Notes: generated from the sequence alone by a model not told the origin. 64,000 nt of DNA from Stegostoma tigrinum (GCF_030684315.1 NC_081358.1:102258756-102322755), one strand, 5' to 3'. Positions 13,401 to 26,289 are shown, counted from the first letter of the stretch. Numbers and translations are program-made.

Positions 13401-13714
13401 AAAAGGAAGTTGTATTTCAACAAAGAGTAAGGACATTGTTAAAGGTCCAGGAGTAAGAATTTGAGACAGGAAAATAGATACAATGAAGATACAATGTATC
13501 CTGGAACAATGACAGCATTGGAAATGATGACAGATATCTGAATAGGTACTATAACCTTAGGAGGGGAGGGGGCCACAATGAAGAAGGAGTGAGATCAGGA
13601 GGGAAAAAAGCAGTACATACAATGGTATGGAAAGGGGCAACTGCAGTTTGACAGGTTAAGGAAATATTCTGTGAACTATGGGGCATAACAACATTCCAGA
13701 GAGAGTACTAAAGA

Positions 13715-14900
13715 CTGGTATTCCAATGCAGCTACAATACTGGCATCTACCTCATTACAGCTTTTGTTCAAACATGGAGCAAAGAAGTGAACTCCAGACA
13801 TGGGATGAAAATGACTGCACTTGGCATCATGCTGTGTGGCACTTTTGACTGTGTGTGGCATCGAGGAGTTCTTGTAAAACAAGAGTCATCAGGAATCAGA
13901 GACAAAACTCTCTGATTTTTGGAGTCATAACTAGCACAAAAAAAGATAAGTTGTGATTGCTGGTGATCAGTCATCTCAGCTGCAGGGTATCTCTGCAGGA
14001 GTTTCTCAGGGTCATGTCCTAGGCCTGCTTCATCAATGACCTTCTATCTATCAGAAGGTCAGAAGTGAAGATATAAACTAATGATTGTACATTGTTCTGC
14101 ACTAACTGCAACTGCCCAGATACTGTGGGTCTATGGAGCAAGTCTGAACAAACTCCTGGCTTGGGATAACAAGTAATATTTATGTCACACAAATGCCAGC
14201 TAATGACCATTCTCAACAAGAAATAATCCAATAGTTAGTACTTTACATTCAATGACATTACCATCACTGAATAACCACTATCAACAACGTGGGGATTACC
14301 ACTGACTAGAATCTGAATTTAAGTAGCAACATAAATACTGTGTCAAAAGAGCAGGTCACAGGCTTGGAACCCAGTCACCTCCTGACTCCTTAAAGCTTTC
14401 CCACCATCAACAAGGTGCAAGTCTGGAATGTGATGGAATACTCCCCACCTGCCTGGATGAGCTCAGCTCCAACTACAATAGTCAAGATGCTTGACACCAT
14501 AGGACAAAGGTATCCAACTGATTGATACCATGTCCAGAAAGATTCACTCCTCTCTCACTGATGTACAGTAGCATCAGTGTGTGCCATCAACAAGAGCCAC
14601 TGTAGAAATTCACCATGGTTTCTTCTCACATTCCAAACCCATGACCGTTTGGAAGGACAAGGGCAGCAGATACCTGGGAAGGCTGACACCTGCAAATTCA
14701 TTCATCATCATGACTTGGAAATATATCACCATTCCTTCATCATTGCTGGTTTAAATCATGGAACTTCCCATTCAACCATACTCTGTGTGTCACTATTTCC
14801 AAAAGACTGCAGCAATTCAAGAGGAACCTCACTACCAACTTCTCCTGGGCAATTAGGATGAGTAATAAATGGTGGTACAGGCAGTAATGTCTTCATACTA
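13715..14900 (+). mobile_element. LINE family B RT fragment and 3' end
   Basis: ctgcaggagtttctcagggtcatgtcctaggcc (GVPQGSVLGP-like) and 3' tail gggcaattaggatgagtaataaat. Confidence 0.8.
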
Positions 14901-15017
14901 GGCAGATCATTTTATTAAAAATCGTTCATTTTCTCAGTACTGAAAACTGGAAGATGTTTCAAGTTTCTACTTCGAAATGTTAGCCATGAAACTCAAGAAA
15001 CATCTGCAGTGTTTTTT

Positions 15018-15185
15018 GAGATAATAGGAGCTGCCGATGCTGGAGAATCTGTGATAACAAGGTGTAGAGCTAATGAGCACAGCAGGCCAAGCAGCATCAG
15101 AGGGTCTAGGCCCGAAACGTCAGCCCTCCTGCTCCTCTGGTGCTGCTTGGCCTGCAGTGTTCATGCAGCTCTACACCTCGCTATC
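15018..15185. mobile_element. Fold-back pair of PLE termini
   Basis: Minus piece gagataataggagctgccgatgctggag...gcagcatcag joined to plus piece agggtctaggcccgaaacgtcagc... Confidence 0.85.
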
Positions 15186-16234
15186 TGCAATACTTTTCTT
15201 TTGTTTAATATGAAATGCTGTTTCTAAACTATGCAATGATGTTCCTCCTGTCTTTATAAGTGACAGAAAGTGTGGCGTGCTGCAACTCCTTGTAACTCAC
15301 ACATGATCTGCTGACTAAATTATAAATAATATATAATTACTGCAAAGTGGTATTTTGCAATTCATTTGGAAACTAATCAGTGTATATTATAAACCATGGA
15401 GAATACGATGCAATTATATGTTTGATAAATCAGAGTGCCTTGCCTTCAGTTGATTATGTGTTTTACCCAGACTAGTTACACATTTTGCATAAATGGATAG
15501 ATGTGTTATGCAAACAATAATTATCGCACCTTCTGAGACAGCAGCAGAGGTTGTTGATTTCATGCTTTTCTCAAAGAAGAGTATGAAGTATGACTTGTGA
15601 CTGATAGCTGATGTAGATTGACACACTCTAATGTGATCACTTCTTTCACAGACATTTATACACCAGTTAATAGGCTGGTTAGTGCTAAGTGGCAGATGGA
15701 TCTTTCACTCTCCCACATCCATAAGGATGTTGAATGATGGCTGCTATCCACCTCAGTGACACACCTCTCACACTGGATGTGAACACAAAAAAAAGTGTTG
15801 TCCTGACGAAAGATATGGATGTGAAAAATTGAGGGTTCTCTCTCCACAGTGACTACCTGAAGTATTGAGTATTTTGTACATTTTCGGGTCTTATACTTTA
15901 GAATTCAGTGTGTTTACTTGATGGGATGTAAGATGTAAGACACAGGAGCAGATGTAAGCCATTTAGCCCATTGATTTGCTTTGCTATGCTATGCAATGTG
16001 ATTATGTCTAATCTGATAATCTTCAACTCCACCTTCCTCCTCATTACTACTGTTTACTAATATGCTGCAGGGGAAACTTTTTAAAATTTTTGATCCTCCA
16101 TTCATTATTCATGAATACTTTTCCATGATGCATAATGCAAGATGTACTGGTACTCCTATAGTGTCTTTATTGAACTTGGGACACCCCAAATAACTTTATC
16201 ACTAATAAAATATAATAGTAATTGCTGTCACTCT

Positions 16235-16580
16235 TATATGGTGGTTGCTAATTTTAATGCAGCAAGCTCATATAAACAGCAATGTGATAATAACAAGTCT
16301 GTCTTCTTGGTGTTGGTTGAGGTATAAACACCGACTAGGACACAAGGCAGCTTCAAAATAGCTGTCTTCTTCAAGGGAGTTCCATCAGATCATTTACGAC
16401 TATCTGCAAGGTACAGGATCATGGTTTAACCATGCAACCAATTCAGCTCATCCAATAATGCAGCATTCCCTCAGCCCAACAGCTCAGTGGAAAGGTAGCT
16501 GTCAGCTTTGTGTTAAATCTCCAATGGGATTCGACATCAAAACGTTTTGACCCAGCTGCAGGTGCGTTGCACCAGAGTGC
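16235..16580 (-). mobile_element. DeuSINE-like element (SacSINE1/AmnSINE1 superfamily)
   Basis: Reverse complement resembles the recalled Deu-domain consensus: ctgagggaatgctgcatt...gttaaacc...gtaaatgatc...gtgtcctagtc...tttatacctcaaccaacacc. Confidence 0.6.
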
Positions 16581-16611
16581 CAAACTAAAGTAGAGATGGG
16601 GGTTTTTTTAT

Positions 16612-16945
16612 GAAGGAGGCAGTGGTGTAATAGTAATATCATTGGTGTATAAATCCAGATTATGGGTTAATGGGATAATGGGTTATAGGGGTCCAACCAT
16701 CAGAGATGGTTATATTTGAATTCAATTTTTAAAAATTGAGAATAGAACTAGTAATGTATCAATTGTTGTGAAATCCCAGTTGGTTTACTAATGCCCTTGA
16801 AGGAAATCTGCCTTGCTTACCTGTGACTCATGGTCTACATGTGATTCCAGATCCCAAACGAATGGTTAATTGTCAATTGCCCTCTGGGAAAATTAGGGAT
16901 GGTCAATAAATGCTGATCTAGCTGGCAACACCTGCTTCACACAAA
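16612..16945 (+). mobile_element. tRNA-derived SINE with LINE family B tail
   Basis: A-box ggcagtggtgtaatagtaa, internal aggaaatctgcc...acatgtgattccaga, tail attagggatggtcaataaatgctg. Confidence 0.75.
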
Positions 16946-18549
16946 TATGTAAAACAGTTGCTGATAAAACTAACGTAGAAGAAGAAACTTTAAATTTGAG
17001 AGTTCTTGGGTTCATAACGATCCAGCAATGCAAAGCAAGGGAACGTCTCCAAACGGAGTGCCAGTGGATTTGTTTGAACACAATTGATATCATTTTCAAG
17101 GCATTATCCTGTGCCGTTGATCATTCCCAGAGATTCCAAAGGGCAATTGACAGGGGAAGGGATCTCGGTTTTATTTCTTTTTTATATAAAAAAATAATTT
17201 TTTTTGGAGATGTTCCCTAAACCAGTCCTGAATTACAGCTTTCCCCGAAATGATGAGATGGTGTTTCATCTAACTCAGGACTAACTACTTTTCAATTTTT
17301 TTTAAACTTGAAGAGTTGGAGCAAAGGGCAGGGTGGGAGGATACATCACCCTTTGACCGGCAGCAGATCCCCTGGCACCGGAGTCACCGTTTTGCTACAA
17401 CCCCCGGGATTGACTAGGTAGCTTTCCACAGTGCAGCGTTCAGACAGCTCAGTTGACAGGCATCATAAGACCCATTTCGGATAGAGTTAGGCCCTACACT
17501 CTCTCCCTTCTCCCATTCCATTCCTCTTTATCGCCTGTCCGCGTTCTCTTCCCCTTCCAGTTCTATCGTTTCTTTTTGATCCCTCACCCTCTTGTCTTCA
17601 CTTTCCTATCCTCCAGGCTCGCTTGGGCTTGCACTTTTCCTGTCATTTCTTTCGATTTAATGTGAGCCTCCCCTTACCCAGACCTTGTCCCCTGTCTTCC
17701 TTTCTACCTGGCGTCCCACTCGAAGCTGCCCACGGTCAGTGAAGGCTCCGCCGGCACTCACTTGGAAACGCCTGGGAACACTGTCGGCAGGAATCCACTT
17801 CCACAAGGAGCCGGGAGCTGTGTGTTGGAGGGGAATGTCAGTGAAAGACTCTAACGACCCCCCAGTTATCGCATCGGTCAGAATTGGAACAGCAAGACTG
17901 AGGCAGACAGACCTGTTTCTCTGAAGTTATGTGAGGGGTGCCACAGCTAACATGACCCAACACACAAGTAGCAGGGTTTAGGTTCATGTCAGTGAGCCTG
18001 TATTAATTATGTTTGTGTACTACATACCATTCGGTCCATTCTCTGATTTTCACACTGTTAACCCTTTGGAGTGAACAATTTATTTTCAGTCCTGAGTTTC
18101 GGATCTCTTCGGTTTTTTTTCTCTCCCCCCCGAAAGAAACTATTTCTGTGTATTTCGCTGATCCACGGGCATTTTTGTTTGAAATTTTGCTGAATTCAAT
18201 TTGGGCCAAGGCAGAGAGGGAGTTTGTCGGGGGGTGGGGCTCGTTTTCCTCACCGGCCGAGAGTTTCGTAGTGTGGACGGATGTTGTTCAATTCTTTGAC
18301 AAGGAGTCTCCTGCCTATGAGGAGAGGACGGCAGGAGGTGGAGGGGGTGACTTAGAAACCAAGCCCATCCCTTCCTCACCGCGCGGTCCCTTTACTGTTA
18401 GAGTGTATGATCCCTTTAAGGGCTCCTGGTTCTGCGGTGTAATGACTGAGTGTGACAGGAGGAGGACAGAATTGGAGAAGTTTTGAGAGCTGGGGTGTGG
18501 GTGGCTGGTGTTGGTGGTATGAGGGGAAAAATATAATCGTCAGTGAGCC

Positions 18550-18557
18550 TGACGTCA
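18550..18557. promoter_or_regulatory. Full palindromic CRE (CREB/ATF site)
   Basis: TGACGTCA about 170 nt upstream of the candidate ATG. Confidence 0.6.
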
Positions 18558-18722
18558 CATGAGAATTAATACAGACTAAATTTGCAAGGGGGAGAGGTAC
18601 AGGGAGGACTGCATTCATGACACTACGCGGTCAGCGATGCAAACGATTGCTATCCTGAGTTTGTGAATCTGCCGGCGCCTGCACTTTCCAGGATTCAATG
18701 AATTTGCAACCGATATACAGGA

Positions 18723-18770
18723 ATGAAGCGGCTGCTGCTTTGGATTCTAGTGGCAGGCGCAACTCTCCAG
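18723..18770 (+). CDS. Probable first coding exon encoding a signal peptide, MKRLLLWILVAGATLQ (alternative donor would extend it to 18819); gene not identified
   Basis: Purine at -3 (ggaATG), basic n-region plus hydrophobic h-region, donor CAG|gtacat at 18770 or TTT|gtgagt at 18819, located inside the CpG-rich region. Confidence 0.6.
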
Positions 18771-19125
18771 GTACATGGACGCATTTTTTGTCTTAATTCG
18801 AGTGGAAGGGTTCACTTTTGTGAGTAAACGATAAGTGGAAAAGTAGAGGATGTCAGCCCGGGGATTCTGTTGGGGGGGGCGGGTGGAGGATGAAAGGATT
18901 ATGGAAAGGAGCACAAGGAGGAGAGAAAATAAAAGTGGCAAGACGAAAAACCTTAAGGGGAGTGTTTTCTTGGGGGGGGGAGAACAACAGGGAGTTTGAA
19001 ATCTAAGAGTGAGAAAATCAGGATTTCTTTTATAATAGTAAGTAGCAGAGGATTATGTATCGCATAGAAAGTGTAGCTCATCTACAGATATTTTACTAGT
19101 CAGCCTAAGAACGTTATTACATGTC

Positions 19126-19201
19126 TCTAGAGCATGTGGGAGTTGAACCCACATGTTGGAGTCGTAGCTTAAAGGTAAGGCCGCTACCACTGCACCGCTA
19201 G
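19126..19201 (-). mobile_element. tRNA-derived SINE head (related copies at about 24345-24430, 45900-45985 and 54370-54455)
   Basis: Reverse complement tagcggtgcagtggtagcgg...gtgggttcaactcccac shows A and B boxes; no complete cloverleaf. Confidence 0.6.
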
Positions 19202-21774
19202 ATTCCACCGGCTGAAGGTTGGGGAAGTAACTGAATGAGAATGGGCTGTCTGGAGAAACACATCAATTCCTCCAAACACGTGGCGAAATTGTTTTGGCAG
19301 AAGAAACCCTTCAATCAGGAACATTCATGAATGACAATTAGATTTCCTCACTTTGTTTTCAGATGTAGTCATTGAAAGAGTGTTTGAATTCCTTGTTTAT
19401 GTGGGAGAGCAGTGGGAAAGAGGGCTGGGGGTGGAGAGGTGGGGGAATCGCAGAACAAGTGTCTTGGAAACATCTGTAAAGATTTCGGGGAGCGAGTCCT
19501 GGCAGTCACAGCTGTGCACCAACTGACTCGCTGAAGCTTGAAGCGACATTCCCGGTGTTTTAGTGGAAATGATTTAATGCCTCAATTTGTCGTGCTACAG
19601 TCGAGACTTAAACTTTGTGGAAGATTCCAAGGCAGGAAACGACAGTACAAGGAAGGTGCCAGGGTAAATACATGATATGTACTCTCCATGCTGTGCAGAT
19701 GAATTTAATCTTGACAATGCGGGGCCCGAATATTTCAAAGGGATCTTTGAGGGAGAAAAAAGCACATCTAGAAAAAAAACTTTGATTGGGAGAAACCAGA
19801 GCTTTTGCGTCTGTTCTTTCCTGCCATTGATGTTGCTTAGAGCTATACACGCTTTATGTACGATAAAATGCCTCCCAAACACTCCCCAAAACAGATGGCT
19901 TTTTTTTCAAAAAAAGATTCTGGGTCCTAAAAAAGAACTTCCGCAAACGCTATACCTCTCGTGGAGTTTTGCAGAGTTTACTTTAGCTCACTGTGCGGTG
20001 CTGCTACTGGTAACTGCAGTGAATGAAACAATGTAAGAAGGACACAGCCTTTTGGGCGGCGGGTGAGTCAGAGGCTCTACAAAATAATTGCTTTCTTGGG
20101 GCCCACTTAAGCCAACATTGACCAAACGCATCATAAACATGAAGTCCAGAAAAATATGCCCTAACAGTATGACAAGCTGCAATATAACTTGTCGCATACG
20201 ATCATGACCACCTTGAAACCTATCTAAGTATCTAGCCCTATGTAAGGGAGGGATTTCATGGGCTTCTATGATCCATTCAATAGGGAAGAAGCCACCCATA
20301 CCCACTTGACAAGTCTATCCTGCTGAAGCAAACCCAGAAGTCAGAAGGGCTCTCATTTTCTCTTGCAAGGGCTCCCTTCAGAGTGGTTAAAACACTTCAT
20401 CTTTGGACACGACCTTCTGTGAACAGTATGACAAAGCCATGTTTGTAGCAAATATATCATATGTGAATGAATTTTCTTTGCCTGGGCTTTTTCTCAGTTG
20501 GTCTAAACCGAAAAGATCAACAAAGATTGAGGGAGCTGTTACTTTCGCTGCTAACTGCAGGCAATGTGATCTTATGTCCCTATTGGAGAAACAATAGTGG
20601 TTATTAACATTATGAAGGATCATGATTTTCCAAAGTAACTGCCGAGGCGGGTTATTGCTTGTCGTAGTGCTGTAGTGTCTGCAGTGCAAGATTTTTATGT
20701 TACCTAGGATATCATTAGAGTTGCTTCTTAAAATGCAAGTTACAATAGTAACTTGCATTTTTATAGCATCCTTTAATATTGCAAAACAAGCAAAGATGGA
20801 TCACAAATATTATCAGATGTGACGTTGCGCCACGTTGGATGTATTCTACTGGATAGTTTTGAGAAGGAGCTTAGCAATATGGGTGTGGAGAGAATAAATA
20901 GCTATCTATCAGATCTCACCAAGCACTTTAATTTGTTTTGGTATCCCAGCATCAAAATATTTTCATTTGCTATTTTTATTCTAACGTTTATTAAGGCTGG
21001 ATTCTCAAATATGCCTGCCAGTGAATCGGCTCTTCATGTTTACATGGCTAAATCCAGATCCTTCCTTCCAGTGGCAGGATTAGAAACCCACAAAAAGAAG
21101 CTGGAGTGTATCAGGCTAAAAACAATAAAAAGCATGAAGAGTTGACCTCTGAGTCCCTGTCTGCCAGAGCGAAAAAACCTCACCTCCATCCCATATGAGT
21201 TGTTCAGTGCAGTCATTGTAAATTCGTTAGCAATTTGGTGAAAGTAGCCCACAAATGAGTTTACATGAATGGATTTACCTTTGCACTGCCAGATGGAAAC
21301 TACGTTCCTGAGTTAGTACAACAATATGCTGGAATATAATATCTTTGAGGTATTGGGTCAGCCTGTGGAGTTTCACGGGATTGTTTAAAACAAACCAAAA
21401 TTGAAAGCCAGGTGAAGAATGAGACATTAAGCCAGATGATGAAATGGATGGGTTGTAAGTTGCATCTTAATGGGAGAGAAAGATTTTCGAAGAGTGCAAT
21501 GTTTATGCGCAATGAAAAATAAGCTTCACTGGAAAGCTTTTACTATATTAGAAGAAATAACTGCTGTAAACTGCATCCAGCTGGCCATGATATTTCTCAG
21601 TTTATAGAGTGTACCATTCGTACAACTGATTCTGTCCAAATGCAACCATTACTTTTACACTGTGACCCTTTTTTCATAAAGATTCCAAAGAAAATTAAGG
21701 GCAATTTCAATATAGCTCTTCAACATGAATTGAAGACATTTTGGCTCAGAGTTTATATTAAGCCAGTCACATAG

Positions 21775-22085
21775 CTTTTTATTCACTCTTGGGATGTGGG
21801 CATCACTGACTGGGTCAGCATTTATTGCCCATCTCTAGTTGCCCTTCAGAAAGTGGTGGTGAGCTGTTTTCTTGAACCACAGCAGTCCACATGCTGTGAA
21901 TAAATCGACAATACCACTAGAGAGGGAATTCCAAATTTTGACCCAGCAATATTGGAGGAATGGTGATTTACTTCCAAGTTAGGATGGTAAGTGTCTTTGA
22001 CGGGAATTTGCAGGTGTTGACATTCCCATTTATCTACTGTTCTTGTCTTTCCAGATGATACTCATCCTGGGTTTGGAAGGCGTAT
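21775..22085 (-). mobile_element. LINE family B 3' end
   Basis: tttattcactcttgggatgtgggcatc...agcatttattgcccatc...gtggtggtgagctg. Confidence 0.75.
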
Positions 22086-22194
22086 GTTTTGTTTTAAATT
22101 AGCTATCGAATTATATGTCCAGAAGGAAAGGAAACTTGTCCACTATTTCAATCAGATGGTATACAGTTTCTAGATTGAAACCGTCTTTAAAGTG

Positions 22195-22775
22195 GTCATA
22201 GAGCTGTACAACACAGAAATAGACCCTTCAGTCCAACTCGCCCATACCGACCAGATATCCTAAATTAATTTAGTTCCGTTTGCCAGCATTTGGCCCATAT
22301 CCCTCTAAAACCTTTCCTATTCATATACCCATCCAGATGCCTTTTAAATGTTGTAACTGTACCAGCCTCCCCCACTTCTGGCAGTTCACTCCATAGATGC
22401 ATCACCCTCTGCATGAAAAAGTGGCCCCTTAGATCCTTTTCAGTCGTTTCCCCTTTTACCTTGAACCTATGCTGTCTAGTTTTAGACTCCCCTACCCTGG
22501 GGGAAAGACCTTGACCATTCACCCTGTCCACACCCCTCATGATTTTATAAACTTCTATAAGCCTCTGACACTTCGGCAAAATATCCCCAGCCTATTCAGC
22601 CTCTCCCTATAGCTCAAACCCTGCAACCTTGGCAATATCCTTGTCATTCAAGTTTCACAACAGCTTTCCTTTAGCAGGGAGACCAGAATTGAACACAGTG
22701 TTCTGAAAGTGGTCTAACCAATGTCCTGTACAGCTGCAACATGACATTCCAAGTCCTATAGTCACTGACCAATAA
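22195..22775 (-). mobile_element. CR1/HER1-like LINE 3' end
   Basis: LIEVYKIMRGVDRVN...FFMQRVMHLWSELP and MLQLYRTLVRPLSEHCVQFWSP. Confidence 0.9.
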
Positions 22776-23284
22776 AGATGACAATTTTCTGTGAATCTTT
22801 GTGTTTTTAGATGTAGATCTATCAATACAATTAGATAGTTCCCTTTCCTCACACATAGTATCAGTGTGAAAGCTTGGCCCAGGGGGTCTGACATAGTTCA
22901 GATGTAATCATTGAGACCTACCCAATTAATGAATGAGATTTTCTGAAAGAAAATATGCCTTCAGAGCATATTTGCAACTGGGATTCAATTTAGGGCAAAA
23001 AATAAGTGAAAACATCAAATGTGAACTCATTTAAGCTTCTATCAGATATTAGTATCTGATTTAAAGTTTAGAATTGCGGTTTCGATTCAAACTAATAGCA
23101 CAAGTTAGCTCACTTTGATGCAAGAAAATGTTGTCAGCTGTTCATTTGGGTGATTTGGTGGTGGGGCTATGAAAATCAAAATAAAATCATGTCAGTGAAG
23201 ATTTTGAGTCTAAAGGTCTCAATCACCTTGAGCAATAATTAACGAAGACCTATGTTATATCGCTGCAACATTGTGTTTTTTTTA

Positions 23285-23482
23285 GAAATGAAAGAACTGT
23301 GGATTCTGTCAGTCAGAAACAAAAACAGGAGTTGCTGGAAAAGCTCAGCAGGTCTGGCAGCATCAATGGAGAGAAGTTAGAGTTAATGTTTCGGGTCTGG
23401 TGACTCTTCCTCCATTCTGAGGAACAGTAACTAGACCCGAAGCATTAACCTGCTGAGCTTTTCCAGCAACGTCTGTTTTAGT
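23285..23482. mobile_element. Fold-back pair of PLE termini
   Basis: Minus piece aaagaactgtggattctg...gttaatgtttcgggtctggtgactcttcct, then plus piece ctgaggaa...gacccgaagcattaacctgctgagcttttccagcaac. Confidence 0.8.
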
Positions 23483-23764
23483 TATTGTTTATTTCAACAT
23501 TCTGAACTAGAGTGAATTCTGGGATTGCACACTGCAATATTTATTATGCTTGTGTTATATTTACTGAAGGAAGCTTCCTGCAGTGAGACTCCTGCTGTAC
23601 TTTTTACTTTTTCTCAGGATGTGTTGGTCATTGGCAAGGCCAATATTTATTGCCCATCTCTAGAATCTTGACTCTATTACACTTCTGCAAAATGATTCGT
23701 TTACATTATAACACAGACCATAATGTTCCTTCTCTCTTCAACTGCTCAACTGTGAATGATAGCT

Positions 23765-24290
23765 TTATTCTTTCACGGGATGTTGGTATCGCCAGTAAGG
23801 CCAGAGTTTATTGCCAAGTTCTAAACATCCTTGAGAAGTTGGTCGTGAGCTGCCTACTTGAACTGTTGCAATGCATCAGATGTAGGTTCACCAACACTGC
23901 TGTCAGCGAGGAGGTTCCAGGATTTTGATCCAGCAACAATGAATGAATATTGATGCAGTTCCAAGTCAGGGTGGGGTGTGTCTTGGGAGGGAACTTGCAG
24001 CTAAGGGTGTTCCCATGCATCTGTTGCCATTGTCTTTCTAGATTGTAGAGGCTGCAGATTTGGAAGGAGCATCGAATGAACATTGATGATTTGCTACAGC
24101 TTACATGTAAAGCAAACTGCTGCACTGTGCATCAGTGGTGAATAGAGTGAATGTTAAGTTTGTTGGCTTGCTGCTGATTGAGCAGGCCACTTTGTCCCAC
24201 ATGATAATTGTTGGACGTGTAGTCATCCAGACAAGCGGAGAGTATTGCATCACACTCCTGATTTGTGCCTTGGTTTAGTTGATATCAGGC
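23765..24290 (-). mobile_element. LINE family B 3' region
   Basis: Same tail motifs as 21775-22085 and 52385-52900. Confidence 0.7.
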
Positions 24291-26173
24291 AGGGATTAGC
24301 TACACCCAGTACACAGTAAATATTTAATGATGGCAAGACTGAGGGCTCTGGTGACACTGCAGTAACATCCCTACCTCGGAGCCAGGACACCTGGGTTATA
24401 ACCCCAACTGCTCTAGAGAAGAATAATAACATTTCCTCAAGGAAAGCAGTGATAAATTATTAAAGGGATTACAGTGGTGTAAGTGTATGAGATTAGATAA
24501 AGCATGTACTCACGGGATGTAAATTCATGGCTGGTTGATGGTGGAGTTGCTGATATTAAAACCATGGTCATTCATTGGGAATTAGTGGAAATTTATTGAG
24601 ATAGTTTCAAAGATAAAAAAAAAGACATGGAAGCATTTGACTCTTCATTAATTTCTCTTTTATCCCACTCATCTCCTGAAGACAGGGTTGATGTTTGGTC
24701 CTACAGCTGACAATAATACATTCCTGAAATATCCACAGTTAGATCAAGATCAACAACAGTTATTTCATCATTGAGCCCACCCACTTGGAGTTCGTATTTG
24801 TTTCTATTATATACATCCTATCCACAGCAGCTGTTGTGATTCCCTCTGTTTCAAAGGAATACCCATGTCCATTCTCAATAGCTCCTGACAGTGTGAGTCC
24901 TCTGGTAACCCAGATAGCGAATGTCAATGGTCTTTCCTTCTGGGAAATGAAAAGTTGAGAATTTCAGATGTATCTGCCTTTGCCTTCCTTTGGAACTTAC
25001 ATTGGAATATGATCAAAAATGGAAATGATTGGTAACCCTTGTTTTCCCTTTCTGAGCAAGTTTAGCAGCTTTCGTGGCAGATACCTTGAGACTTTTTTTA
25101 TAAGGAAAGAGAATAAATTGGACGCAAATAAATAGAATTGAAGCAGCTTGTGGTTTGATATCCCTTCTGAATCCCACCTTGGTAATCTGCGTCCTAATAT
25201 ACATACGGAGAAGATTTTCTCTACTTGAGCGTTATGATAGTCTGACTCTAACTACACCTTCAGTTTTATTATAATTCAAACTATGTTGTAAGCTAGCACA
25301 ACTCCTGTGGTTAGGAATGTTCCTTCTCTCTACAAACTCTAGCACATGGCTTCTGATGTCTAAGATCCATTGTCATCAATATTACTACCATCTTATCGTA
25401 CACAAGTACATACTGGCCACGACTTGACAGGATGATGCAACAGACTGAGGGCCTGGAAGGCCTACTTTCATTTACTCATCCACAGGATGTGGGCAGCGCT
25501 GGCCGGCCAGCATTTGTTGCCAATCCTCAGTTAACCAGTGAGATTAACAACATAGAAGTGAAAGTGGCTGTCTCTTCACAAATTTCCCATTCATTGAAGC
25601 CTGAAAGGAGTTTCAACAGCACACCCTGTAGAGAAGTGCAGAATCGCTGACAGCAATGCCCACATTGCCAAATGGTTCTGAGCATGTGCAGGCTCCCAAA
25701 GCTCATTTCAGTTTTGGTGGATTATTGATGGCAACACTAACAGCTTTACCATCACTAACACTGAAAATCTAAGAAAATTATTTGCATTCTCTCATCACTG
25801 ACAATGAAAGACAAACCTACCATTGTTTGTTTTATCATAAAGCTTACTGTTGAAAACTTCCATCAGGTCACCTAATCTTCACTGATCTAATGAAAATAAA
25901 TTAATTTTCCATCTGTCTTTATAATTGGAACTCATATATTTAGTGAATCCATCTTACAGTTTTCCTAAAGCTTTGATATCTTTCCATTATGGAATGCTTA
26001 AATGTATATAATACTCTCTTGTAGCGTAAGATCGTTTACAATTCCAAATTTTCTCTTTTTTGTATTTAAAGCCACCAGAAAGAAAACTGAGGTTTCCATT
26101 TGTCCTTGCTTTGTCTACACACACTTCCCCTCTAAATCATCTGTGTCTAAGCACACAAACATCCTTCTAATAA

Positions 26174-26289
26174 TGTGAAGAAAAAATCAGAGTTTGTTTC
26201 GGGTCCAGTGACCCTTAAGACCTTGTGAGCTTTTCCAGCAACTTTGTTTTTGTTCCTGATTTACAACATCTGCAGTTCTTTTGGTTTCT
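26174..26289. mobile_element. 116-nt bipartite PLE terminal insertion
   Basis: Perfect 13-bp TSD atccttctaataa at 26161-26173 and 26290-26302. Confidence 0.85.

Larger units (their letters stand above)
17330..20100. promoter_or_regulatory. CpG-enriched, largely repeat-free promoter/first-exon region
   Basis: Visibly higher CpG density than the flanks (ccgcgcgg, gccggcgcc, ctccgccggc), G-tracts, a CRE at 18550 and an AP-1 site tgagtca at 20064-20070. Confidence 0.7.

Noticed and set aside
18013-18486. 157-aa ORF in the CpG region
   Set aside because: Non-ATG start and no recognisable domain; typical of a GC-rich promoter or UTR
18698-18715. MNLQPI resembling the integrin beta-1 N-terminus
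   Set aside because: The following residues are hydrophilic and not a signal peptide, so the match is coincidental
19126-19201. tRNA gene
   Set aside because: A and B boxes only, no full cloverleaf, and diverged related copies indicate a SINE head
19363-19665. Acceptor-like sites at 19362 and 19600 as exon 2
   Set aside because: No recognisable peptide, and no convincing acceptor-donor pair
23036-23062. U2 snRNA-like hairpin (atcagatattagtatctgat)
   Set aside because: Only a gapped resemblance of about 24 nt to one U2 stem-loop; no 5' U2 sequence, branch-recognition region or Sm site
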